This document shows, in pieces, positions 40,023-52,700 of a stretch of 64,000 nt of DNA. Each line of letters begins with the position of its first letter. The first letter of the stretch is position 1. The position numbers were made by a program, and so were the translations under genes. This DNA is from Callorhinchus milii (taxonomy: Eukaryota). Below the pieces are notes generated by a model, which saw only the letters and a list, made by a program, of their open reading frames with translations, did not search any database and was not told where the DNA came from. The DNA lies in the NCBI RefSeq assembly GCF_018977255.1, contig NW_024704742.1:86678001-86742000 (forward strand). The letters run 5' to 3'.

Positions 40023-42125
40023 CTGAAAGAGAGAGGAAAACACATTGAACGGCTTGTTCATCTCTTAGCAACCTTAACCCTACTTCACTATCTTTTTGCT
40101 ATTAGTATGCCATTGGGAAGTCTTATTTATTCTTTATGGTGGGCAGACGTTTTGGAGATATGATAGTTATAACCAGTGAGAATTATCACATCACATGCCA
40201 CACAAATTTCTCCCCAACCCCCACCATTCCATTGGTTGACTTTAGTTCATAATCCCTTTTAGCCTTTCCCATCTCTCAATTTGCAGCTTTTGTATACTTT
40301 TTTTTGTTTTTCCTTTTTATTATCAGTCCTGGAAATGCTACAAGCTTCCCTCTTTTTCAGATTTGATCTCAACTTTCTATTCGTCTACGCAACCTTTAAT
40401 ACAGTCCCTTTTATCTTTGCTGTAATGTAAATAATCCTTGCATTTGATATAGCGCCTTATTACGTCGTCAAGATGACTCAAAGTGCTTCACGTGATTTTT
40501 GCCGTTAAATGTAGTGACTGTGTATTTTTTAGGCAAACACGGCATCCGATTTGCGCACAGCAATCTCCCAGAAGCTATGAAATGAATAACTAATTTAATG
40601 AGGATTATTGGCCAGGAGAAACTTCTTTCCCTCTTCAAATAGTGGCATGTTATCTTTATAACACCCACTTGAACAGGTAGACGGTTTAATGTCTTAATTG
40701 AAGGATGACAACCCTAGCACTGTATTTAAGTATCAGTCAAAACTGTGACTGGCCTTACTACCTTCAAAATAAATATCTCCCATATTTAAGATCATACCAC
40801 CCACCAAGTCAGTTTACTCCAAGCTCAGCCGACTACTTTGATCTTGAGCCCAGAATGACTAGCTCCCTGACAGTTCACTGCCAACCACTCAAACCATTTC
40901 ATAGCTGATAGCAAAATACACACTGAAAACCTCCACTTTCAACCCAAGCAAATTTGGTTTGTCTGGATGGCAAAGGCCAATGTGCTTCTGGTGTTTCAGT
41001 AAAGTTCAATTTGTATCCAGCTGCACCCACTCAACTGTTATATTAAGTTTGAATACATTCCACAAAGTAGGACTGTCTCATTGTACTGTACAGCCTCTTA
41101 TAGGAATATAGAAACGGGAGATGGCCATTCTCTTGATCATGTACCCCATTTTGCTGCCTTTTCTCCATTTTCCTTAATAAACTCACTTCCCAAATATTTA
41201 TCTGTTTTGGATAAATGTTTTGAGACAAGAATAAGGCTACCGGATTGACCCCAAATTTTACACAAAACTGATGTAAGGCTAATTGGCCTATAGTTCTCTG
41301 CCTTATCCCTGGCACCCTTCTTAAAAAAAGGCACCATACCTGCCACCCTCCCATCCTCTGGCACCCCACCAGACTCAAAGGATATAGAATCCATTGATGT
41401 TCAGCTGTTTTACGCGCCAAAAGTTAACTCTAAATTATGCTACAGAAAACTCGCATAAGTCTGATCTGTATAAATTGTATAGTCGCCTAAGTGGTACATC
41501 TGCCCAAGTCCTGTTCAAGAGTTTATATTCTATGTAAGCTTGACATAACTGAAACTTTGCATAAATCATATTAAATATATAGTTCCAAGTGATACAACTC
41601 ATATGAGATTGAATGTACCTTGGGAGATGGGAGGAGGGGGAGGGTTGGGATTTATATGAGGTATCAGTCATCACAAATAGATTAGAAATTGTGATATTTC
41701 ATAACAGACTCTATCACATCAGAACTGTTAGGAAATATTAATATTTCCAGCCTATGATTTTTTTAACAACTAGTGTGTGGAATTAATATTTTATTTGTTC
41801 TTCCCGGCCTCTCAGCTCCCAGTCTGACCTCCTCTTGCTGGAGTGCAGTTCCACAGGGGCTGGCTTGCCTCCAGTAACCTCTGCCCAGTGGCCACTGCTT
41901 ATATGTCAGCTCTGGCAGGTCACTCGGCTGTTGAGGGTGTCATGGCTGAGCTTGACCTGTTCCCACTCAGCTACTGCACACACACACAAGTACGCAACTA
42001 GTAAAGGATGTTATAAAGGGGCCAGCTGTCCCCGATTTACCAGACATTCACTAGTTCTCTTGACACTTTGCCAGAGAATTGCCGTTTCACACTACATCGG
42101 TCTGTCACTAATGCCTGAACAGTAC

Positions 42126-42260
42126 CTTCAGCACGAGCCGGACAGTGTCGCACGAGACTGAGAGCACAGGGTACAGGATCAAGATTTCTTTCTTATCAGT
42201 GCATCTTGTTGCTTGACTTCCCTCACAGCAGAAGCAATCCCTGCCCTCCACGACTTTGAC
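42126..42260 (-). CDS. ENTREP1: ENTREP1 coding exon (Cys-rich loop)
   Basis: aaag|GTC..AAG|gtactg; VKVVEGRDCFCCEGSQATRCTDKKEILILYPVLSVSCDTVRLVLK. Confidence 0.92.
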
Positions 42261-42439
42261 CTTTGATCAAAAGTGGAGAAGAGTGTTACAGATGTATCCT
42301 GAAGAGGATGAACAATGATAGTCTTGGCTGGTTACCCTCAGCACTGAGTGGCTCTCTAGACACAGAATGTCCAAGACAACAACAACAAACTGCATTTACA
42401 TAGCGCCTTTCACATCAGGAGGACACCGCAAGGCGATGG

Positions 42440-42742
42440 AAAATAATAATAATAATTGTTGAATTTGATATAGCGTCTTATCATGCAGATGAGACGTCTC
42501 AAAGCGCTTCACAGAATATATTGTAAAGTGAATTGACTGTGTATTTAGTGCGCGAATCGCGGCAGCCAATTGCAGACAACAGCAGTGTCCCACAAGCAAT
42601 CGTGGATTGAGTGAATTTTTTTGAGGGATTATTTTACCCCCAAAAAGCAATCCACCAAATGACTAACAATCAGATTCCTACTTCCTGCTAGGTAAACAGA
42701 GGCATGTGGAATAAGGAAACTTGCCTAAGATTTCACCCTGCC
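42440..42742 (-). mobile_element. tRNA-headed SINE (long variant, head truncated)
   Basis: Core and tail present. Confidence 0.8.
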
Positions 42743-42866
42743 CAGAAAACGCTGGCAGACCTTCATGATTTGTCAAGTACTGTTATTCATACCTTACTAA
42801 ATATTTAACCCACACAGTATCTGTGAGACATACAACAGTATATTGTCTACAATTCCCTTAAATACA

Positions 42867-43084
42867 TGGGGAGAAATCCACCCGGGTCTAGAGCTAATCT
42901 ATTTATGTGGCATTTTAGAGCATCTATTCTTAAACACAGCTTTAATTTTGAGGATTGTTTTCTGTTAAGAATTGCAGAAAATTAACTTAAAAGTCAGGAC
43001 TAAATTCAACAATTTGTGACTTGCTGGGTGCTCTGAAATGCTACATAAATAGTATAAATCTGGAACCAGCGGAATTTCTCCACA
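42867..43084. mobile_element. MITE-like element with ~65-bp imperfect TIRs
   Basis: tggggagaaatcc...ctatttatgtggcattttagagca versus tgctctgaaatgctacataaatag...ggaatttctccaca. Confidence 0.65.
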
Positions 43085-43339
43085 ATCGCCTTGGTACAGC
43101 ACCCTATATAAAGCTTTTTCTAGATACAATGGTCCTTACATTCAAGCACTTTTCATGTCAGGAGGATGTATCAAAGCACTTCACAGTGTAAAATGTAGTG
43201 TCTGTTTACCCTGCATGCTGTAGGCAACCAAATTGTGCACAGCAGTGTCCCACAAACAACCATGAAGTGAATGATCAATTTTAATTTCACTTTGAACAAG
43301 TACTTTGATTAATGGCTGAGTGAACCTATTGGACTTGAA

Positions 43340-43728
43340 GGAGGCAGAGAGAGGGTGAGGCGGGGGATAAAGGGATAGAGTGCTAGACCTTAAGCAGGTC
43401 GGTGTCTGCTTAGCGGAGGGAGTGGACAGGCTGATATAGGGTTAAGAAGTCGGAGAGGTAGTAGGGAGCAAGACCGTGGAGAGCTTTGAAAGTGAGAACG
43501 AGGGTTTTGTACTCGATTCTCTGAGGGATGGGGAACCAGTGAAGCCAGGCAAGAACGGGGGTGACTGGTTTGCAGAGCCTGGTGTGGGAGAGGTGTGAGC
43601 TGCAGAGTTCTGAATAATCTGCAGCTTGTGAAGGGAAGAGTTGGGAAGCCCACCGAGCAGGCAGTTGGAGTAGTCAAGCCGGGACATGATGAAAGCGTAG
43701 ATTAGGCTCTTAGCGGACTGTGGTGAGA
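43340..43728 (-). mobile_element. L2 LINE fragment
   Basis: LIYAFIMSRLDYSNCLLGGLPNSSLHKLQIIQNSAA. Confidence 0.85.
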
Positions 43729-43880
43729 GGTCTAGTATTGTTAAACTGAGTAGCATCAGTGACCTGAAGCCTCTCCATTCCCCAATTAGACTCTTTCACT
43801 TCTATTTACTTTCTCCCCACCGCCAGACAGACAAAACACGATTTTAAAAAACAAGTCTTGTTTAGTTTCGTTCAATGAGT

Positions 43881-43886
43881 TTTATT
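43881..43886 (-). terminator. Poly(A) signal of the nested crystallin gene
   Basis: AATAAA ~320 nt after the stop, then a GT/T-rich downstream element (cttgtttttaaaatcgtgttttgtctgt). Confidence 0.7.
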
Positions 43887-44202
43887 TTTTTTAGTATCAG
43901 GTTCAATACTATTTCACATTCCCTTCGGAAAGCCTGTTATACTCCTCCCCCCACCCTTATTGTTGTTGGATCTTGATCTGGAGCAGCTTGTAGCTTGTGA
44001 TCCCCTCCCGCCGAATAAATTCATAACACTTCAATCAGGGAATATCTTTAAAAATCTGCTGAACGTCCACCGGTTCACGGACAAGTTCTGCGACGTGGTC
44101 TCAAGTTCGCTGCCTCGTCCCCGAGGGGTTCGAGGAGTGCTCCGTCCCCATTATCCCCCTTCCAGGCTTTCCCTCCCCGGTGATCTCCAAATGTGGGGCC
44201 CT

Positions 44203-44847
44203 TCAGTTGAAGCAGCCGGCCTTGTGCCACTGCATGTCACGGATCCTGCGCATGGACTGGATCTGGGGCTGACGGCCTCCCCACTGGTTCCAGTGCTTGT
44301 AGTCGTTCTTCTCAAACACGTACTGGTAGCCACGGTAGCCGGGATACTGGTACCCCACCCAGGTGCCACAGCCCACGCTGACACTGCCGACGCGGTCGGT
44401 GAACCCGTAGGAGAACAGGCTGGGCACGTCATTGTCGGTGATCTCCATCTTGCGGCCCTTGAACTCGGCCATCTCGTACAGGCAGATCTTGTGCTGCTCG
44501 GACTCCATGCGCACGGGCCTGAAGGACATGATGTACTCGCTCCTGTGGCTATTGGACCAGGAGTCCCAGCGAGGGTACTCTCCCTTCTCTAGGATGAACA
44601 TCTCGCCGCAGAAGTTGGACAGCTCGTAGAACACCCAGGGACCGCAGTCCACCTGGATGGAGCCCACCCTCTCAAAGCCACTTTCACACAGGTTCATGCA
44701 CTCGCCAGAGAACTCCTTGAAGCGTCCCTGGAAGTTCTCCTGCTCGTACACGGTCATCCTGTACGAGTTCATCCCCAAGTCGAGTTTGCGGGCCTGCATG
44801 TGTTTCCTCTCGGCCTGAGGAGTGGTCCTGGTTGGTTTGTCTGACAT
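44203..44847 (-). CDS. Intronless betaB1-like beta-crystallin, 214 aa, four Greek-key motifs
   Basis: Kozak gcagcc[69 protein letters not shown]; uninterrupted ORF resembling fish crybb1-like proteins. Confidence 0.95.
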   Translation of the reverse strand: MSDKPTRTTPQAERKHMQARKLDLGMNSYRMTVYEQENFQGRFKEFSGECMNLCESGFERVGSIQVDCGPWVFYELSNFCGEMFILEKGEYPRWDSWSNSHRSEYIMSFRPVRMESEQHKICLYEMAEFKGRKMEITDNDVPSLFSYGFTDRVGSVSVGCGTWVGYQYPGYRGYQYVFEKNDYKHWNQWGGRQPQIQSMRRIRDMQWHKAGCFN

Positions 44848-44972
44848 GGCTGCTGCTGGGTTGCTTTCGAACAAAGTTGCTTTTTGCCTCTCACTGCAAC
44901 TGGGCTGCTCCAGTGACTTTCACTCTGTCTCTGAGCTAGAGAACTCGATACTGTGGAGTCGGGCCATCTACC

Positions 44973-45135
44973 CTTTTATATGTTGCTTTGGCCCCAGAGG
45001 GGGATTAACCTGGACAAAGGGAAGTGCAGAATCGACACATGGATAGAATGAAAATCCCAAGCGTCAGGGAAGATCACGTGTGAGCCGACAAAAGAGAGGG
45101 GGGGGGGCGAATGAGAAAAAGCCAGGTCAGCAAGA
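44973..45135 (-). promoter_or_regulatory. Proximal promoter of the crystallin gene
   Basis: TATAAAAG 44973-44980; TAATCCC 45001-45007; CTTTGT 45014-45019; GCACTTCC 45020-45027; CACGTG 45075-45080; TGCTGAC 45126-45132. Confidence 0.7.
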
Positions 45136-45351
45136 AATACTCTGTTCTAGCACTGCACAGGGATAGAGTGAGGGCAGGGGAAACAACGATGGGACATTGC
45201 ATCAAGTGTCCTGCCATAACTGGGGAGAGAATCCATCTCGCTCTAGATTAACTTTATTTTCTGGGCATTTCGGAGATTGTATTCGCAAATTTCTGAATTA
45301 ATTCTTCAACAGTTTATAGCTGTTTTTTTGTAGTTCTTAAAAGAAATATAG

Positions 45352-45792
45352 GTGTCAGCCTGGCTTAGTCAGTAGCACATTCGCCTCTGAGTCAGAAGAA
45401 TGTGGGTTCAAGCATTATGTCGTGAATCTGAGCTCATATAGTCTTGGCTGACACTCCAATGCAGTGCTAGGGTGCACTGTGTTGTTGGAGTTGCCATCCT
45501 TCAGATGAAACATTAAACCAAGGTCCCGTCTGTCTATTAAGGTGTATGTTAAAGTACTTGTGGCACTTTTCAAAAAGACATGGGAGTATCTCACAGTATC
45601 CTGGTTAACAAATCTCCCAAATAAAATTGATCACTCACTTTATGGCTGTTTGCTGGACATTGATGTGCACAAACTGACTGCCGCATTTGCCTACAAATAC
45701 CCAGTCACTCCATTTCACAGTCAAAATCGTGTGAGACGTTTTGAGATGTTTTGATGATATAAGGCAAAAATATCAAATGCAAAGATTAATAT
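45352..45792 (+). mobile_element. Deu-domain-type SINE, near full length
   Basis: Head, cagatgaaacattaaaccaaggtcccgtctg core and tail. Confidence 0.7.
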
Positions 45793-48700
45793 ATTTTATG
45801 GAATAACTTATTAGTGTTATGCCCCTCGCCCACCCATCCCCACCATCTTTAGTGGAATACTGACTACGTTCAAAGGTCATTCAGTTTTTCTCTGAAGAAT
45901 GAAGCCATTCTATACATTATATATGAAAAAAGTTGTCTGTGCTGATGCTGTTGATTCAGCGATATTCATGGGTGACTGCTTCTGTCTCAATGCAGGCTGG
46001 GCAATGATAGCTGGGAACTGCAGCTCTAGTTGGATGCCCGTGAGCAGGAGCATTGCAGTCAGTGCACATCCACCCTCACTCAGTTTCTATTACACAGAAC
46101 CGCACGAGTTAACTCCTGACATGGGATTTCCCAAAGCCTCAGCAGGCAGAAGGGCGCTGCAGAGTACTGTAGGCCAGCAAGGATCAGTAAAGTTCCAGTG
46201 GAACCCCTGTTTCACACAGATGTTGGTTGATAATAATTGTAATTCTTCTATTATCATGTCGAAAAATCTCCAAGAATTGTCTGTTAAGTATAGTTAAGTT
46301 TAAACGCTCTGAGACGCTACCTTGCGTGGAGGACGCTATATAAGTGTACGTTGTTGTTGCCGTTGTTGTAGTGTCTGTGCATTTGTAAGTGAAGGCAGCA
46401 ATTTTGCTCACAGCGTTGCTCCAGAAACAGCTGTGAGGTGAATGACCAGTCAAAGAGTGAAGTCAAAGAATGCACTGCATGGCCATTCAGCCCAAGCCAT
46501 GCCGGTGTTTACACTTCACACAAATCTCCACCCATTTCTTTACTCTCTCCCATACCCTCTTATTTTCCTCCTCAAATAAATAAATAAAAATAATTATTTG
46601 GTCACTCAATCCACGACTGTTTGTGGGACACTGCTGTGCGAAATTGGCTGCCTCATTTCACCTACAAAATATATTCTGTGAAGTGCTTTGAGATATCATG
46701 AAGACATAATAAGGCGCTATATCAAAAGCAAGGATTATTATTATTATTCTTTAATCCATTCTGCTACCTCTCCCACAATTCCACATGCTGCTAATTTAGT
46801 GTTGAGCCTCTCATGTGGCACTTTGCCAAAGGTTTCTGGAAATCCAGATAAGACTACATCCACTGCATTTCCCTCATCTACTTTATCAGTTACATCTTCA
46901 AAGAATTCAAAATGGTTAGTCAATTTTTTTTTTAATCTGGTGGATTGTTAGCCAGGACAATGAGAGAAACTCCCTTTTCTTTTACAATAGTATGGGATCA
47001 CAGCACAGAGAAAAAATAAAAAATTAATTTGGATACATCTCACAGATGAACAATCTGCAACGTCCAGATTCACACAAAGAATTACAACTTGGATAAGTTA
47101 GTGCAGGGCAGCTTTTTCCTTCAGGATTTTGTGCTTTAAGACATCTCAACGACGTGATCAGACACTATATCAAATGCAAGGATTATTATTATAACTGAGG
47201 CCGTCTGCCACTTCTTCAGGTGGACAACAACAACAAATTACATTTGTATAGCGCCTTTCACATCAAGACGATATTCCAAGGCGCTGGATAGATAGTGATT
47301 TGTGCCCGAGCTGGGGTTTGGGATCAGGAGGAGTGGAGGGCAGGGAGGGTAGGGGTAGGACAGTGACCAAATTTTCAATTCTTAGTGTGTTTAATCTTCT
47401 ACCGATGAGTACTAACTAGTAGTTCCACCCCCTTAGGATATCTTGCTTGTTGAAAGCCAGCAAAGCCTGGGTGTTGACGTTTCCTAATCACCTTGCCTGG
47501 ATGATAATTAAACTGCATTCCTGGGTAGGAGGAGGGATTGATAAGACTGAAACATTCTTACTTGTTGAAGAGTCACAAGCAGTATTCTTTCTACCTGGCT
47601 CTGTTACACTGGTAGCTCTCATTCAGTGCTTAGAACTGTATTGCATTGTCTGGGTGAAAAAATAAGATATGTGGGGGGTCAAAATTTCATTCAGCATAGG
47701 GTGTGTCTGAAGCCTCTGGTGATAATGGGGATAAACCATTATTCGGTCACAGTCACACCACTTTACAATGTATCCTAGGAAGTGCTTTGAGACGTCTCGA
47801 TGACTTGATAAGGAGATAATCGAATGCAAGAATTATCATCATTATTATTATTAACATTGATGCTTAATGCGAATGGACATTTTACCAATTGGTGTGCTGA
47901 TTGTCACACTGCTGGAAATTGCAGTTAAGCCCGGTTTTGATTACTGATCAATGGTGTGACTTTGTCTTCCCCCCAATCCCATCTCCCCCATCCCAATGCA
48001 GCATAAAGATTGGGTCCACAGCCTCCGGTGAATGCTGTTGGGAATTGTGGAGTCCAGCGCTTCACAGGGGACTGGTTGAGGTTTGTCGACATCACATTTC
48101 GCCCACAAAATATACAGTCAATTCACTTTACAGTATATTCCGTGAAGTGCTTTGAGACGTCGCGAATCCTCACCAAATGCAAAGATTAATCCCTCCAAAA
48201 ACCCAAAACAATAATAAAAATTGGTCATTTTCAATCTACGACTGTTTGTGGGACACTGCTGCCGCGTTCGCCCACAAATATACAGTCAATTCACTTTACA
48301 GTGTGTTCTGTGAAGCGCTTTGGGACGTCCTCCCGACGTGAAAAGCGCTATATCAAATGCAAGGATTATTATTATCCCACGATTTGCCACTCAAACAGGA
48401 ACGCCATCGGCAGCTGCTGGAGTCTTCGGGTCAGCTTCGGGTTAAACCGCTGTGCCAAGGTTCGGCCAGGGAGGGGTTGAAACACTCGGAGCTCATGGTT
48501 ATCGACTGGTTTGACTACAATTTTTGGTGACGGGATAGTGCAAACTCTTGTTCTACCTCAGGACTGGAAGTCAAAGATGCAATCCAGAGGCCGACACCTA
48601 GAATGGTGTCAAGGAGTAAGTGTCTGCCTCGGGCACATCTGGGAGTTCCTCTTTGATACTTTATGAATATCTTAAGTTAAACTGCACCCAACATCTGCAC

Positions 48701-49486
48701 ATTGAAAGGGACACATTTACTGCAGCAAATCTTGTTAAGCACTTTTTGACAATGTGATAAGGCGCTGTTCCGCCCACAAAATATAGAATCGGTTTCACCC
48801 ACAAAATATACAGTCAAGTCGCTTTACAGTATATTCTGTGAAGCGCTTTGAGACGTCTCGACGACATGATAAGGTGCTGTACCAAATGCAAGGATTTTTA
48901 AATATATCAAATGTAAGGATTGTTCTTATTATATTTTACACTTTGGGCTCAGCATCCGGACCACTTATGCAGATTAGAAACAAGAGTCCGAACAGCAACT
49001 CTTATGGGTATCTGTTCAGCATTCTCTCATTGCCACCCCCAGTCTGACAATAACATCTCATTCCATTATCTTCCCATGTCCCATTATTAACCTTTTTTAT
49101 ATTAAGTCCCACATGGAGCTTTGCCAAAAACTCTCTTGATAGTTTAAACATTATCATATTCAGTGTTAATTCCAACCTGTAACAACGTTAAATAAGTCAG
49201 AGAGATTTGTTAGACATTGATCCTGATTGAAACCCATGCTGGAGGTTTGCTAATATGATATTGTTACAGAAATATTCCTGCAGCTTGCCGTTAGATTATA
49301 TTCCATTCCATTGTTGATGGTAAGCTAAACGGCCTGCTATGTTCTGGCTTAGTTACATTATTCTGAGCAAATATCCCCATCGCATAGTTCTTCAGAGCTT
49401 CATTTCACTGTCACGCATGAAATTCATTGCAGTATCTAACCCTCCCAACCCTCACTTCTCATAGCACCAACCAAAAGGAGGCATCA

Positions 49487-50125
<639 letters not shown>

Positions 50126-51769
50126 TTGTTTCCTTCACTCCACTTTCAGTTATCAAGACTCCAGGGTTCATGCCTCTGGCCTCTAGAATACTCTTCCCAA
50201 AACACTTTGTTCTGTTACCACTGTCTCTGCCTTCAAAACCTACTTAAAAACATCTCTTTGACCTTTGTTTGGTATCTTTAAATTTCTTATCTTCCTGCTG
50301 GGTAACCACAACTTACTCATAAAGCTCTTGGAGGCATTCTTTTATGTGAAAAGCACTGTGGAAATGCAAGAGATTTGGCTTTTTACCCCATCTCATCTCC
50401 AGGGAATGTTATTTTAATATTTTGTCATGAGCCACCTTATCTCAATTACAGCTCTGCACTCCTAAGCTGTATGGCCACTTCACTGGAGAAACTCTGTGCC
50501 AGGAATAAAGATGCATGTTTCAATGTTACAGAGCAAAACAACCAAGCGTTTGTACAGCTGGTCACTGACCAGATAAAACTCACGAGTTTCACAGCTTTGG
50601 TACAGGAGAAACTTAGGTTAGAAATGGATGTGGGTGCACTTTTACAACTGGGATGTGTACATTTCACTGTGAAAAACAGAAATTAAAATACAACAGCTAA
50701 AACATTTGTAAGCAAAAGCACTATACAAAACTTCTCAATGAGGCTGGGAGGAGAAAAGTCTTAAACAATAATAAAGCCACCCTGCATTGGGCTCATATTA
50801 AAGGAGCATATTACTTCTGTTTATTTTTTGTTCAATTGGGTATATTGTACCACATCTCATCTCTAGGGGATGTTATTTTAATATTTTGTAATGACAAGCA
50901 CTCTGGGACGCTACCCCGCTTGAAGAGCGCTATATAAATGCAAGTTATTGTTGTTATTGCACCGCCATTTCGCAAGAAGTTACTTAAAAAAACAAAGCTC
51001 TTGCACACTCACTCCCTGACTGGTTCCAACTTGCTCCTGATCACTGAGGAGTGGCTCAGTGGCAGTGAGTTTGTCAAGTCTGTCACTGTGACCAGGGGTG
51101 TCTGTGAAGTGCAGTCAGACTACAGGCAGTTCTCAATCGCTAACCCCCACCCTTCTGTATTTCAGTGAACCTATCAAGGACAGCTGCTCAAGAAATTTAT
51201 TTAACTGTACAAAAATCTGACGTGTTTGTAATTGGCAGATTGTTACAGGAGCTTTTGCACTCACAGCTGAACAGGCTTCAAATTAGAAAATGCAAGCCAA
51301 TAAACAGGAGACCAGATACTTAAAGGTCAAGTGAGAGAGCCACATTTATCTTGCTCCATTGAGAATAATAAGCTCATTGAATAACCATAGCAACACATGT
51401 TGTTTTCCAAAACGACAAGGAAGCGATGATGTTCGTTCCATAATTCTTCTGGCAGAACCCCTTGAACTGAAATGGTCTGTTTGTCTCACACAGTGCATGT
51501 TTCTGGTGCCAGGACATAACTCCATCCTCTCAAATCACGCTGCAGCGGTCTGGAGTGACAGAATAGCCTGCACCACTCCAGGCACTGACTGACTGCCCTG
51601 TGTCAGGGGACAGGGCTGGCCGCAGAGATATACTGAACTGGTCACCATTGCAAGGAAGGAAACTTTGTATCTATCGTTTAATTAATAAGGAAATAGTGTG
51701 CGGACAATTTGGATGTTAAACAATTGTTTCCTATGATAGTTCCAGCTGGTAACTGTCGACCTTCAGATC

Positions 51770-52235
51770 TGGAGGATGTCTCAAAGCGCATCACAGAGCC
51801 TGGGGGTCAGAGTGGGTGGGGGAGCTGAGGAAGTGTGTGGGGGTGGAACAAAAGCAAGGTCAAAAAGAAACGTCTTTAAAAGTGGGGAGGGAGAGAGTGA
51901 TCCAGATAGAGTTCCAGAAAGGGGGAGGGCAACATGGCTGAAAGCTCATCTTGTGAGGCAGAGGACATGAAGCAGGTCGGAGTTTGCTGAGTGAGGGAGG
52001 AGGCAGAGCGGCAGGGTTGCAGGAGGCAGATTGGGGCAAAGTCATGGATGGATTTGAAACTGAGCACGAGGATCTTGAATTTGATCTGCTGGGGCAACAG
52101 GGGAGCTGAGCGAGGATGGGGATGATAGGCTCGCAGAGCCTGGTTCGGGAGAGGACACGAACTGCAGAGTTCCGGGTGATCTGCTGCTTGTGCAGGGAGA
52201 GCCAGGGAGGCTGGGAATATTAGAGTCTGGAGCTG
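51770..52235 (-). mobile_element. L2 LINE fragment
   Basis: QIKFKILVLSFKSIH motif. Confidence 0.75.
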
Positions 52236-52439
52236 TGTTCCTCCACACCTGCACAGGCATCAGGGGTCGCTGCATTGAATGCTTCATCAATCAAGAGAAA
52301 TCCAAGCTCCAAAAAATAGTGTTATACGTTTCTCAACAAGTTTAGACAAGCGAGTCGTGAGAGTAAGTATCTCAGAGGGGACCTCATAGTGGTGTATTAC
52401 ATTTTGAATGGGACTGAAAAAGTAAACAAAGAACAATAA

Positions 52440-52700
52440 TTTGGATGCACCAAGGCAATAGAACGAAAGGACACAGGTTTAGAGTTGTGAAGGGCAATTT
52501 CAGGACAGGAAGTTTTTCTTTACCAGAAGGTAAATAAATACTGGAACAGGTTGCCGGGAGGAATGGCTGAGGACAGGACACTGGTCTCATTTAAAAGGCA
52601 GCTTGATACTGCGAATGGGAGGAGAATAGGTGAGCGTTCTAGAAGGATGAGAGAGGTCGAAAGGTCTTCTTCATCCAAACTAATCTTGTGATGTTGTGAT
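52440..52700 (+). mobile_element. CR1 LINE 3' fragment
   Basis: T.GH.F..K..F....R..FF...V...WN.LP-type remnant. Confidence 0.7.

Noticed and set aside
43960..44592. 210-aa + strand ORF
   Set aside because: Antisense shadow of the GC-rich crystallin CDS; non-ATG start and no recognisable protein
44848..44874. N-terminal extension of the crystallin ORF in the supplied track
   Set aside because: Starts at TTG; the ATG at 44847 has a strong Kozak context
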